Of a stretch of DNA of 64,000 nt, positions 26,483-41,026 are shown piece after piece (position 1 is the first letter of the stretch; each line of letters starts with the position of its first letter). The stretch is taken from positions 62,744,001 to 62,808,000 of the forward strand of contig OX597815.1 in assembly GCA_951406725.2 (NCBI GenBank). The letters run 5' to 3'. The notes beneath the pieces were generated by a model. The model had not been told where the DNA came from. It worked only from the letters and a program-made list of their open reading frames with translations, and did not search any database. Both the position numbers and the translations under genes were made by a program. The DNA is from Octopus vulgaris (taxonomy: Eukaryota).

Positions 26483-27466
26483 TGGCGGCGAGCTGGCAGA
26501 AACGTTAGCACGCCGGGCGAAATGCGTAGCCGTATTTCGTCTGCCGTTACATTCTGATTTCAAATTCCGCCGAGGTCGACTTTGCCTTTCATCCTTTCGG
26601 GGTCGATAAATTAAGTACCAGTTACGCACTGGGGTCGATGTAATCGACTTAATCCGTTTGTCTGTCCTTGTTTGTCCCCTCTGTGTTTAGCCCCTTGTGG
26701 GTAGTAAAGAAATAGGTATTTCGCCTGCCGCTACGTTCTTAGTTCAAATTCCGCCGAGGTCGACTTTGCTTTTCATCCTTTCGGGGTCGATAAATTAAGT
26801 ACCAGTTACGCACTGGGGTCGATGTAAAAGACTTAATCCGTTTGTCTGTCCTTGTTTGTCCTCTCTGTGTTTAGCCCCTTGTGGGTAGTAAAGAAATAGG
26901 TATTTCGCCTGTCTCTACTTTCTGAGTTCAAATTCCGCCGGGATCGACTTTACCTTTCATCCTTTTGAGGTCGATAAATTAAGTACCAGTTGAGTACTAG
27001 GGTCAATGTGATCGACTACTCCTTCCACCAAATTTCAGGCCCTGTGCCTATAGTATAAAGGATTATCATAATTATTAAGGCGGTAAGCTGGCAGAATCGT
27101 TTGCGCGCTGCACGAAATGCTTAGCGGTATTTCGCCCGACGCTACGTTCTAAGTTTGAATTTCGCCGAAGTCGACTTTGCCATTTAGCATTTCGGGGTCG
27201 ATAAATTAGGTACCAGTGAAAGACTGTGGTCGATGTATTGGATTAATCCCCTCCCCAAAACTACTGCCCCTGTGGCAAAATTTGAAACCAATATTATTAT
27301 TAAGGCGGTGAGCTTGCACAATCGTTAGCACGCTGTCCTTACGTTCACTGGTCAAATTCCACCGAGGTCCACTTTGCCTTTTATCCTTTCGGGGTCGATG
27401 GTCGATGTAATCAACTTCCGCCCTCGATATTGCTGGCCTTATGCCAAAATTTGAAACTAATATTAT
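26483..27466 (+). mobile_element. Tandem array of tRNA-derived SINE family B (MetaSINE-like core)
   Basis: Head GGCGGCGAGCTGGCAGAA..GTTCAAATTCC; core GCCTTTCATCCTTTCGGGGTCGATAAATTAAGTACCAG; three units about 184 bp apart plus two further copies. Confidence 0.88.
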
Positions 27467-27470
27467 TATT

Positions 27471-27852
27471 GAGTGAGAGAGCAGTGCATGCTATCAAAGT
27501 GACACTGAGGTAAAACATACGAAACCCAGTATATCCATAATGACTACCCATCTGATAACGGTACACCAAGCACAGAGGTGAATTATCCAAACCTCTGGCA
27601 ATTCCTTTCAACACACGGCTATGATGCTCCCCCACTACTTCTGCTCATGATCAAAGATGCACATATCATCAGCCACTAAGGGACATGCTCAACCGGTTAA
27701 GGTCAAGCAACTGACAAGCAAATCTGTAGTATAGAGCAGCATATTTGCCGTAGCCCATCTTCTATACCAAGACAGAACAATGTACATGAAAACCCTTCAA
27801 ATCAGTTAAGATCAGAAACCATGAGAGCCACTGTCTGGTACTGCGTCAGGGC
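27471..27852 (-). mobile_element. Family C element with internal deletion
   Basis: Both termini match 6724-7277; flanked by (ATT)n. Confidence 0.85.
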
Positions 27853-27994
<142 letters not shown>

Positions 27995-28385
27995 GTTTGG
28001 GGGTTAGGAGAAACACTAGAGCTCTGGACAAAATGCTTTGTGTTTCTTCAGTCCGGCTCTTTGCTTCCAGAGTTCAAATCCCTCTCGTGATGGTCATATT
28101 TGTTTTTCTGGATTCGGAAACATAAAACAAAGAGGAGGGGTGGGGTGATTCAACCGACTAACACATCACCCACCTCCCCAAATAAAGAGTGTACTTTTGT
28201 GTTGTTAACAAAAGCGAATATAATTACAGGAGTGGTACAGTACCGGACTAAATACTTTTTAGTAATTAATTACCTCCCCTTATTCCCGTTTCAGTTTCTA
28301 ATGAGACGTAGTTTACTTCTTAACAGCAGACCATGATTGATTCATATATTAATGTCGAAGCAATTACCTATACACACACACACGC

Positions 28386-28456
<71 letters not shown>

Positions 28457-28519
28457 TATAAGCATATATGTTTATATATGTATATATGTATGTATGTATG
28501 TTTGTATGCATGCATATAT

Positions 28520-28567
<48 letters not shown>

Positions 28568-28799
28568 CATATATGTTTATATATGTATATACGTATGTAT
28601 GTATGTTTGTATGCATGCATATATATATTTATATATATATACATATATACATATATACACATATATATATATACATACATATACTTGGAAGATGATGCTT
28701 GACGTTCGATTATAGAATAATATAAATAATACATGTATATATGCATATATACATGCGTATATGTACATACCTACATCTATACGTATATATATAAGCATA

Positions 28800-29235
28800 C
28801 GTGGGAACAGGAGGTCATTTAACGTGTACTACAAAAGATACGAAGTACAAGTACATGAAACATGAACTATTCTTTCGAACAACGAAAGGCACAAATGGAA
28901 AACAAAACAAACAACATAAAGAACGACTCTTTATCAGTTGTTGGCTGGTTTTCCAGTCTCGTATTTCGAGCATTTAAGAGCAATATACGCTTTCGATAAA
29001 ACAGTTGCTCCTACAAAGCAAATTAAATAAAATTTGGGATTTTACTGAGGGCCAAAATAGGTAACACAAACAGGACAGTGAAAACAAACAGGAAGGGTTG
29101 TTACGCCTTAACGATGTTGTGATGGGGAACGCGTAAATCAAGCGTGGATAGGAGGCAAGCAAGAACACGTCTTCCTTGTTCCATTAGCCATCTTTCTCCC
29201 CCTAACTTGTGTATCTTTCTTTCTCTCCGTCCTGT
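28800..29235 (-). mobile_element. Non-coding element (probable PLE pLTR), divergent relative of 55515-56657
   Basis: Shared blocks CGCGTTC..GGCGT(T)AACA.CCCTTC..CTGTCCTGTTT.TGTTACC..GCTTT..AGGA; bounded by (TA)n. Confidence 0.7.
28926..28989 (-). ncRNA. Non-circularly permuted (pseudoknot) hammerhead ribozyme, core slightly decayed
   Basis: CGTAT-A-TTGCT / GCTC-GAAA-TACG / AACAA-CTGATAA-A-GAGT. Confidence 0.7.
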
Positions 29236-29263
29236 GCCCACGTATGCTTAATATATACATATA

Positions 29264-29430
<167 letters not shown>

Positions 29431-29458
29431 TATTTATATTATTATAAATACATATAAT

Positions 29459-29525
<67 letters not shown>

Positions 29526-29555
29526 GTGAATTAACACGTATACACACACACACAC

Positions 29556-29587
<32 letters not shown>

Positions 29588-29687
29588 ATACGTGTTAATT
29601 CACTATCGATATTTGGTAATCTGTCAACATCAGTAAGTATTGTTGTTCTTTTTGTTACTGTTTTTGCTGTTGCCAACATTTATTTAC

Positions 29688-29781
<94 letters not shown>

Positions 29782-30343
29782 GTCTATCTATCTATCTATA
29801 TATTTATCTATTAAGTTATTTATTCATTTAATATATTTATGTGTTTTTCTTTTATTTATTTTGTTCTTGTGACAAAAAAAAATTAAAAACACGAGGTTTT
29901 CTGATGCAGGAAAGCGTATTGAAGTAGGTTCGCATATAAATTTTGCATGTATGTATGTATGTATGTATGTATGTATGTATGTATGTATGTATGTATGTAT
30001 GTATGTATGTATGTATGTATGTATGTATGTATGTATGTGTGTGTGTATGTGTGTATGTATGCATGTATGTATGTATGCATGGTGTGTATGTATGTATGTA
30101 TGTATGTATGTATAGATGTGTAGTTGTATGTATGCGCGTGTACATGAGCATATAAATAATGCGTGTATCTGTGTGCATGTATATTGGTGTATGAGAGTGC
30201 ATATGTGTGTATATCTATGTATGTGTGTATGTATATGTACATATGTGTGTGTATATGTGTACGTTTGTATCGGTTTTCGTACAGTAATTCTCCCTAAGAC
30301 ACATAATCTCACATATTTAAATTTATCAATCTTTATCGACCTT

Positions 30344-30403
<60 letters not shown>

Positions 30404-30921
30404 TATGTTTGCATGTGTGCGTGTTTCCATGTGTGTGTGCGTGTGCGTGTATTCTTTCATCCTTTTATTTGTTTTAGTCATTTGACTGCGGGCAGGCTGG
30501 AACATCGCCTTTAGTCGAATATCGTTGTAAGCCTAGTATTTATCATATCGGATCTCTTTTGCCGAACCGCTAAGTATATGTATGTACATACGTCTTCTGC
30601 GCTACGTCCTCGCGTTTTTTTTTCCTTTTTCTACTTTTTCTCTGATTAAATTGACTACATATATATACACACACACAAACACAAGCGCACCCATTGATAT
30701 CTACACACAAATATACACACACATATATGTATATTTGTGTATCTGTGTGCGTTTATGCATGTGCGAATATATATATGTATATATATATATACGTACATGT
30801 GTATGTATTTAAACGATGGAGATAGGAGATATATGAAGTATGCTATGCACTGTATAGTATATACAGAACATACCCACATTGATACATATTCAGAAAGATT
30901 GTTTATTTAACACGCACACAT

Positions 30922-30974
<53 letters not shown>

Positions 30975-31275
30975 TTGTCTGGCTTCTTGTATGTCTGCTG
31001 CTGTACTCACATAAAGAAAACTGCCTTCATAGTCCCGCCCAAAGATACATACACATATACTCTCTCCGTTCTCCTTTCGTGCACACCACACACACACACA
31101 CACACACACACATGCACGCACACAACACATAGGCAAAACACATACACACACACACACATTTATATTCATATAGGGACTCGCTACCGTATTCATGTCGCCC
31201 GACTGTGAGTTTATCCGTTACTCATCTCTTGGTTCAGAAGTTTCTTGTCAGACTGTAAAATTGTAGTGTACACCA

Positions 31276-31316
<41 letters not shown>

Positions 31317-33149
31317 ACTCTCTTTCCCTCTCTGTCACTCTGTTGCATCCCAAGTTTTAGTAACGAACTCCGTGCTCTTCTTCCAATGCTTTAACAAATT
31401 ACTTGCTTTCATTTCTAGTACTCCTTAACTTTCTGCAAACAGGCGTCATCTACATGCAACAGCGACACAACGGTGGCGTCAAATCTTCGCCACTTCTAAC
31501 AACAGAAACCTCGAAAATATTCTCCAAGGGGGATATTACAATCATATATCGTTCAACAGTCCCGCGACAGCTTATATCAAGTGAAAAGCAAAAAACAAAT
31601 AAAAACTTCTTTATTCTTGGACAGCAAATAATCTAAACCTTCAAAGTCGCCAAAAATACTACATTTTGAAATTTAGCCCGAAAATTCAAAACATTCTGAA
31701 ATTTCTTGCAGAGTTAACTTGACCTGAAACAATTATTTTCTCTGAATCAGAGTTTTAATGAATTACTCATCCAAAATGTACATACAGGAGGAGTATGCAT
31801 ACAAAAAGACACACATATACAAACTGACAAACACTCACATATTCATACATAAACTCATACAGACAAACCTTTATATACGCAACAGTAATTACAGTACAGA
31901 AGGCACCTAGTAGTGAATCAAAAATACTCAAAGACTGTTCACTTCTCTTAATCACATATTATTTGGTATCAAAATTTTCGTCCCACCAACTGCGACTTGG
32001 TCACTGACAAAGTTGCACAGCAACTCATTGCAAGTCATTTGCCAGACAAAAGCAGTTCCTAAATTTATATAGACACATTTACTGAGACACTGTGATATCA
32101 ACATATAACGGATACTGTTATTCATAGTACAAATAAATATCATCCATGCACATTAACGTCGTAGATCTCTTCCTCCTCCTCCTCCTCCTCCTCCTCCTCC
32201 TCCTCCTCCTCCTCCTCCTCCCCTCCTCCCCTCCTCCCCTCTCCCCCTCCTCCCCTCTCCTCCTCCTCCCATCCTCCTCCTCCTCATCATCATCATCACC
32301 ATCGTCAACGTGGTCCTCCTCCTCTCCATCATCATCATCATCATCATCATCAATACCATCGTCATTGTCGTTGTCATCGTGGTCGTTAACATCAGCTTAT
32401 TCAATATATTATTGACAAATGTATAGAACACCATTTCGTCAGTAGAAAACAGCTTGCATAATTCTTTAGATTTGCGTTTGCGTGCATATATTTTTGTCTG
32501 CCTGTCTGTCCGTACATTCGTATGTATACATATATACATACACAGCAGGTTGTAATATATGTATACATACACAGCAGGTTTAATATAAATATACATACAC
32601 AGCTGGTTGTAAGTTGGATGAAATTGCGGGTAGAGGCAGCAACTCAATCGTCAATGTATCCCACCATAAGTTTAATTAAGAATGGGGCTTCAACATAAAC
32701 GAGTTAGCATTGCTGGAGTTCATCCTTGTAGCCATGACCACATTTTAGTCATTTTTCTCTGCTGGTAGAAATGACTGCAAAGAGAAATGCTGTTTAATGA
32801 TGTAAGGAGAAGCTCAGTAAAACATAGAAGAAAGGCTGCTTCTGAGAAGCTGTGGTCGATTGAACTACATTTACCCACCTGAGGGCATCACTAAACACAA
32901 GACATTATAACAGCTTATGATTTTAAGGGCATATTTATGCAGTACGTACTCCTTATAGTGTAGGGGTAGGAAACCCCAACCAGCCTGTGCCGGGTCAACG
33001 GGAGACTCCAGATCAGTAAAATGACTGCTCCATTATCACTTGATCCATGACATGCCCCTTCTTGCACATCTGGAGTTTGAAATTTCCAGCTCTGTTTCCA
33101 AGAGAAGTTGAATATACTGCTACATTCTGGGTATTCACCATCGGGAAAA

Positions 33150-33650
33150 ACATCAGTCATATTGTTGTCACCAAATATACGTCCTTTTAATGAACTTCAA
33201 ACCATAGGCGTCTGTTAATACTACACTAGCCCTCACTGATATACGTATAACTGCAAGATATGTTGTTCCAATTTGGTATAATTTCTTTTTCAGCGTATTA
33301 TGACTGTGGCCAGCCCACTGTTAGCCAGTTTCCATTCGTACAATGGTCTTACAAAATTGGTTATTTCTCATCATGAAAACCACCATCAACAAAATGTCCC
33401 AGCCTTCAAGATATCGACTACCTGACACCAACATATTTTCTACTCAACCATGTAAAGCATGTGATATAAGAATCGCTGTAGATGCTTAGAAGTCACCTTA
33501 AAATCTCTTTTGAATTATCTTTATTCGTACTCCAGACATCTGAGAGATTGGAGAATTTCTGTGCCCACGAGAATTTAAGTAATGCGGTACTGTGGCAAGA
33601 TATTATTAAATACAACTCTAACCAAATATTTCCAGTGCTACATTCTTCTC
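33150..33650 (-). mobile_element. Highly degenerate RTE-like LINE C-terminal relic
   Basis: Fragmentary RRLGHFV-type motif reminiscent of the RTE C-terminal W-x-GH segment. Confidence 0.35.
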
Positions 33651-33698
33651 ACTCAATTGTATGTGTGTACACACACGCACACATAAACACACACACAC

Positions 33699-33743
<45 letters not shown>

Positions 33744-33956
33744 CATAATCATATACATGCGTGTGTCTGTGCGCTCGCACACGCCTGTATGTTTGTGTTT
33801 GTGTTTATGCCTATGTCTGTATAAATATATAAGTGTGTGCGCTTTTATGTAAATTATTTACATAATGCAATATATATATATATATATATATTAAAGCGAC
33901 ACAGCCGAAATTTCAAAATATACGTAAATGATTTGTAAAAATAATTAGGTGTCTAC

Positions 33957-34001
<45 letters not shown>

Positions 34002-34467
34002 CAAACGTGCACACACACACATCACAAAGACACACGCACATATATATATTTTTATATATATGCATGCATATATATACAAATACATTTACACATGAATATA
34101 TATGTAGGTATTAATGACTTTACACGCCATTTACGTCAACAGTAAACAACATGCTACATAGGTTTTCCCCCAATGTATTTCCTATTGTGAAATAGCGACG
34201 ACAAAACTATGTGTGCCAAAATAGCAGCGTTGTTGAAAAGGTGACCCGAGTTGAAGTAGGAAAGGAAATGTTGGAAGCACGTGCTGGCTGACATTTTTAG
34301 ATTTCCATACAAGGTTAAGTGGCGTCGTCATATCAATGACATCTCTTTAGTTCTTCAAAAATATGACCTACAACTGCTCTACCCCCTCCTTCTCATCCTC
34401 TTGCTGCTGCTGCTAGAGTAACATTTCTGCTGCAGTTACTGCTGCTGCTGCTACAACAACAATGGCA

Positions 34468-34526
<59 letters not shown>

Positions 34527-34973
34527 CACTACTTAGGATGATGATGGTGATGATGTCATTTATTAGCGGCAGGGACATAGATAAGGGGGAAATCACAAGG
34601 ACAGTCTATAATTAGTGTGGTGGTTTACATTAAAGATGTGGAGAAAGAAATGGAAATGCGATGAAAGGATAAATAGTATACCAATTACGTTATAACATTA
34701 ATGCTGCGGTCCTAATACAGGAAAAACTCCGTCTAGGGGCTTTTCAAGGAACCTCACACATCCACGACTACCCTAAGCACCAAAGGTACGAGCCCTTTCT
34801 CCTGCTCTTCAATCTACAGGTGCATACGTAGAGTAGGGTCATTCGTTTCTAACCATTTTTGCCAGAGTTACATATCTGAATTTGAACTCAAAAAGAAAAG
34901 TTGGACGAACTGCTGCCAAGCATTTGTCCCGGAGTACTAACGATTCTGCCAGCTCACCACTTTAATAATAATA

Positions 34974-35005
<32 letters not shown>

Positions 35006-35029
35006 AATAATATTAACAACAACAATAGC

Positions 35030-36815
35030 ATGGATAGATTATAGGGAAGCCAATGACATGATTTCACACTCATGTGTAAGTGAACGTTTGAGTATATTCA
35101 ATATAGCAGACAACATGAGAGAATTAATTACCTTTAGCATGAGAAAGTGAAAAGTAGATGTCTACTCGGGTGACACAGCCTTAGGAAAAGTTAATATCAA
35201 GAGAGAGAATTTTCGAAGGGGACTCGTTATCCTCTTTAATATTTGTCTTATGTTTGATCCCCTCAGTTTAGTATTAAGGAAGGCAAACGCAGGGTATCAG
35301 TTCAGAAATAGTGATGGAAAACTTAACCATTTGCTCTACATGGATGACCTGAAGCCATTTAGTAACATTGAAAAATAGATAGATACCTTAATACAGACTG
35401 AAAAGACGCTTCAGCAAAGATATAGGCATTGAATTTGGCATAGATAAGCGCGCAATATTAGTCATGAGAAGAGGACAGCTAGTCAACAGCGAAGGCATCC
35501 AATTACCAGATGGCCAGATATTAAAATCATTGAAAGGAGGAGAGAGTTGTAATTATCTAAGTACTAACTATAACAGAATACTAACTATAACAACAAAAAT
35601 AAAAATTGGGGAGTACATCCAAAGGGTAAGGAAGCTAATGAAGTCAATGCTAAATGGTCCGAATCTAGTGAAGGCTGTAAATATTTGGGCAAAATCATTA
35701 CTTAGATACTCAGCAGCTTTTGTAGATTAGACAAAAACTGAATTAGCAAAGCTAGACAGAAGAAATAGGAAGGAATTCAATATGAATAGAGGACTCTACC
35801 CAAGTGCAGGAGTAGCAAGATTACACCTACCTAGAAAGAAAGGCGGAAGAGGGTTAATATCAGTAGAAGACTGCGTTAAGTTAGCTACAGTAGATATAGA
35901 CTCTTCTGTAGGTAATGGTGAAGAAAGTTAATTGAAAGTTGCTAGAGTCACAGCATTACAAAAACCCAAACGAAGTTAAAAACCAGAAAAAGAGCAGAAA
36001 TTATCTGACTGGCAGGAGAAAGTGTTGCATGGTAGATTCCCAAAGAGAGTTACAGCAAATAATAGTAGTGAGACATGTTTATGGTTGCAGAAAGGAAAGC
36101 TGAAAAGAGAGACAGAAAGTTTGTCAGTTGCAGCATAAGATCAAGCTTTAAGGACTAATTGGATAAAAGCTAAGATAGACAAGACCTACGTAGCTTCCCA
36201 GTGTAGGTTATGCAAATCAAGAGAGGAAGGCGTTACTCATATAGTAAGGGAATGTAGCATGCTGGCACAGAAAGAATACAAGAAAAGACCTGACAATCTA
36301 GGGAGAGTAATCCGCTGTGAGTTATGTAGAAAGCTAGGATTTGACCATACTGATAAATGGTATGAACATGAACCTAGTAAAATACTAGAAATTAAGAAAT
36401 ACAAGATGTTGTGGGACTTTAACTTTCAGACTGACAGATCAATGGAAGCTAGAAGGCCTGATTTAGCAGTAGTAGATAAAGAGAATAGAAAGTATAACAT
36501 AATTGACTTTAAATCCCATTTGATGAAAAAAATCAATATGAGAGATACAGAAAAAAATAGGAAAGTACCAGGACCTAGCTATTGAATTATAGAGACTATG
36601 GAAAGTGTGGAAAAAACGTATCACAGCAGTGATAGGTGCATTGGGAAAAATCCCTAAATACCTGAACAGATGGATAGAGGAAATAGGCATAAAACCCAAT
36701 TTAGTATAGCTCCAGAAAACTGTGTTATTAGGGACAGCTAGGATACTTAGAAGAGTTACTTGTTGTAGCCCGATGTTATGGTTTTTTTTTCTTTTTCAAC
36801 AGTCTAATCTGTAGT
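35030..36815 (+). mobile_element. R4/Dong-clade non-LTR retrotransposon, degenerate 3' half
   Basis: GDSLS, HLLYMDDLK, GGRGLI, CRLC..THIVREC, RPDLAVVD; multiple stops and frameshifts; (AAT)n-type flanks. Confidence 0.85.
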
Positions 36816-36848
36816 GTGTATATAATAATAATAATAATAATAATAATG

Positions 36849-36988
<140 letters not shown>

Positions 36989-37323
36989 TTGGGGGCATCA
37001 TAGCCATGTGTTGAGAGGGATTCTTTGGAGTTTGAATAATTCACCTCTGGAAATATGGGTGTTTCGTTCAACATCCTTAAACAGCCCTTATTCAGGGACC
37101 TTTTGAGGGGGATGGGTTACTCGACCAGAAGAAAATTCTAACTGGACCCCACCTGCAAGGTCATGTGCTGTTTATCTTGATATGAGATCACCATGTCGCG
37201 CACATATGGTTGTGATGCATGTGCCTAGCTTACCCTTATCAGACGGGTAGTCCTGATGGCTATACTGGGCTTCGTATATTTTAACCCAGTGTCACTTTGA
37301 TAGCATTCACTTCTCTCTCACTC
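36989..37323 (+). mobile_element. Family C element, 5'-truncated
   Basis: Matches 6943-7277; in (AAT)n. Confidence 0.85.
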
Positions 37324-37355
<32 letters not shown>

Positions 37356-37362
37356 TAATAAT

Positions 37363-37452
<90 letters not shown>

Positions 37453-37453
<1 letters not shown>

Positions 37454-37756
37454 CAAGAAAAAAGTTGATAAATATGGAGACCTGAGAATTGAGATCGCTA
37501 AGATGTGACAGATACAAGAGTCGAACATAAATGTTACCTCTATTGTCATCGGAGTATTGGGTTCAATACCACCCAGTTTGAAAAAACGTCTGTAAACCTT
37601 AGAGATACTCTACAATCTAGATGTATTGCAAAGGTCGGCATTACTGGACCTGCACGCATATTAAGGTCCTTGTTGTGACTTGAAAACAGTATAAACCCCC
37701 GGTAGATACAATATCTTCAGTCAACAACCACACGATATTGTATATTGTGCGACGTC

Positions 37757-37758
<2 letters not shown>
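37453..37758 (+). mobile_element. R4/Dong-clade extreme 3' fragment
   Basis: KVDKYGDLRIEIAKM..IVIGVLGSIP..LQRSALL; (AAT)n on both sides. Confidence 0.75.
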
Positions 37759-37825
<67 letters not shown>

Positions 37826-37826
<1 letters not shown>

Positions 37827-39624
37827 TTCCCCATTAGAAGAGGAATATTCCAGGGAGACACGCTCTCTCCACTCCTTTTCTGTTTGGCACTGTCACCTGT
37901 ATCTGATATGCTAAATAGAACTGGATGCGGATATAAATGTTACGGCAAAACGATCAGCCACCTTTTATATATGGATGACCTAAAACTATACGCTGCAAAT
38001 GACAAACAGCTGGAAACACTATTAAAGACAGTTCATGGATTTACCAAAGAAATAGATATGAAATTTGGATTAGAAAAATGCGCCAAAGTAACCATGAAAA
38101 GAGGAAAACTAGTTAAGAGTAACAACATCACACTAGATAAAACCAATGAAATAAAAGAATTAGACCAAAGCCAAACTTACAAATACTTAGGAATCCATGA
38201 ACTAGATAAGACACAACACACACAAATGAAAGAGAAAATAAAAAAAGAATATTATAGACGAGTTAGATCAATACTAAACACAGAGCTCAATGCTAAAAAC
38301 AAAATAATAGGTATCAACACTTTAGCTGTCCCAGTTATAAGTTACAGCTACAATATCCTTAACTGGACACGAAATGAACTGACCAAAATAGATTGGAAAA
38401 CAAGAAAAATACTGACAGGATCTAGGATGCATCACCCAAAATCTGACATAGAAAGACTATATATACAACGTATAGAAGGTGGTAGAGGCCTTATACAGCT
38501 GGAAAACTACTATAAAATAACCACCATAGGACTGCAAAAATATCTACTTCAGAAGGAAGGAAAACTGATCCAGATAGCGGCAAAACACGAGCAAAACAAA
38601 AAACTGTTCTCAGTATTTAAGGAAGCTGATAAATACAAACAAGAAATCATACCACCTAATAAACATGAAGAAGAAGAAGAAGATGAAGAAACAACAAAAG
38701 CTATAAAACAAATGAAATCCAAACTAAAAATAGAACAGCAAACGAACCATGATAAAACGATGGCAAGAAAAGCCCCTTCATGGTAAATACTGGACTAAAC
38801 TAAACGCAAAAGAAATAGACAAAGAAAAATCCCAGCAATGGTTGAGAAGCTCAGGACTCAAAGCAGAAACAGAGGGATTTTTAATTGCAGCACAAGACCA
38901 AAGCCTCCCCACCAGAAATTACCAAAAACATGTAATGAAAAGAAATATTACAAGTAACTGCAGAATATGTGGAGATGGACAAGAAACAATAAATCATATT
39001 ATCTCTAGCTGCCCAGTCTTGGCTAAGAAGGAATATATTCACAGACATGACAGAGTTGGAACCTACATACATTGGAAGCTATGCCAACATTATGGAATAA
39101 CAACAGAAAAAAGATGGTATAGGCACGCACCAGAAAAGGTCACAGAAAACGAGAAAGCAATCATACTCTGGGATATGCCGATACACACAGATAGAGAAAT
39201 TAAGGCCAACAGACCAGATATAGTTGTCAGAGATCATGAAGAAAAAAATGCTTTCTAATTGATGTATCAATACCGGCTGATGACAACGTGTCTCTAAAAG
39301 AAATGGAGAAACTCTCAAAATACAAAGACCTGGAAATAGAGGTAACTAGAATGTGGAATCTGAAAACAGAAACAATTCCTATCATAGTAGGTGCATTAGG
39401 CATGATAAAAAAATATTCAGACAAATACATAACAAAAACACCAGGACTTACAAACACATATAACATACAGAAAATTGCACTACTAGGCACTGCACACATC
39501 CTACGCAGAACACTTTCCATACAATAACCATCAGAGCATCACAACAAATCACAGCACATACCCAAGGCACACAGAGCTGTGCTCGGTAGTGAAATGAAAG
39601 CACGCTATAAAAATAAAACTACTC

Positions 39625-39625
<1 letters not shown>
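37826..39625 (+). mobile_element. R4/Dong-clade non-LTR retrotransposon, young 5'-truncated copy (RT + CCHC + restriction-like endonuclease)
   Basis: ORFs 37884-38786, 38749-39258, 39288-39527: IFQGDTLSP, LYMDDLK, CRICGDGQETINHIISSC, RHD, RPDIVV, KEMEKLSKYKDL; two frameshifts; inserted in (AAT)n. Confidence 0.93.
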
Positions 39626-39701
<76 letters not shown>

Positions 39702-39703
<2 letters not shown>

Positions 39704-40490
39704 GTTTATCATAGCAGCTCAAGATCAATGCCTACCAACAAGAAACTACCAGGCCAACATATTAAAGATCAGAAGCAGTCCAACGTGTCGTGTATGCCAG
39801 CAACAAAATGAAACCATTGACCATGTGGTCTCCAAGTGCAGTCTTCTAGCGCCTACAGAGTATCTCAACAGACACGATAGAGCTGCACAATATATTCACT
39901 GGGTAATCTGCAAAAACCTGGATTTGCCCCATGAAAAGAACTGGTGGGAACACAAACCACCCCCAGTGCTTGAAAATGACCACATCTCACTCCTCTGAAA
40001 CTTCACCATTCAAACTGACAGAAAGATAGATGCAAATAGGCCAGACATCATATTGAAAGACTTCAAACAAAGAACATGCCTCCTCATTGATATGACTGTC
40101 CCAATCGATATAAACGTATCTGTCAAGACCTACCAAAAACTGAGCAAATATAAAGATCTTGAAATAGAAATCAGCAAAATGTGGAAGCTGAAGACTAAAA
40201 CAATACCTGTTGTCATAGGTGCCCTGGGAATGATAGCAAAAGGGGCTGATAGCTACCTAACTCTTTTTTTAAAAAAACAGGAAAAAAAAAATTATTTTAT
40301 TTTATTTTTAAAAAATTAAAAAAAACTTTTTTTTTAGAGATTCATTAGTACAACACCAAAAACTCCCCCCCCCAATATATGGCACACTAGGCATAACAAC
40401 AACATGAACTTCCAACCTGTTGTCTCTTGAGGTCTCTGGGTGAGACTTGGAGCCAACTTGTACAAATATAAAGCAATAGTCAAACATAGA
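39702..40490 (+). mobile_element. R4/Dong-clade 3' fragment, second subfamily
   Basis: AAQDQCLPT, CRVC..IDHVVSKC, RHD, RPDII, LIDMTVP..KLSKYKDLEIE. Confidence 0.88.
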
Positions 40491-40504
40491 ATAATAATAA
40501 TAAT

Positions 40505-41012
40505 AAGTGTGTATCTTCAATGGCTCTTATGCCGTAAATACCAATATGAAGTAACAGAGAATTGGTATAAGCATGTACCAAGTAAAGTTATGCAGGAGGA
40601 TGCAAAAGTAATGATACTCTGGACTATGATTTTCAAACGGGTCGTGTAATCGAACACCGTCGGCCGGATATTGTCATATAGAATAAGAGAGACAAATACT
40701 GTTAGATCATTGATGTAGCCATATCTAATGACGAATGTTGTGAGTAAAGAGGTTGAACAAATCATCAAGTACTCCGAATTGAAAGTAGGAATGGCAAGAC
40801 TGTATGGAATGCGAGAGGGTAATGTAAAAGTGATACCAGTGGTGATGGGCGCGTTAGGCTCAATCCTATTGAAACTTCAAGACTTTGTAAGGCAACTGGA
40901 AATCCCATGCAAGATTTATGTCTTGCAAAAAGTATTATCTCTCCGAGGTCCTTGTGACTTGACAGATGACTAAAGACTCAGATGTATTTTTACCTACACT
41001 GTGTTATGAAGG
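40505..41012 (+). mobile_element. R4/Dong-clade 3' fragment, third subfamily
   Basis: WYKHVPSKV, RRPDIV, KYSELK..VIPVVMGALG. Confidence 0.8.
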
Positions 41013-41026
41013 AATAATGATAATAA

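Noticed and set aside
26534-27060. Regular repeats resembling a CRISPR array
   Set aside because: Units are whole SINE bodies with no unique spacers; eukaryotic context; no cas genes
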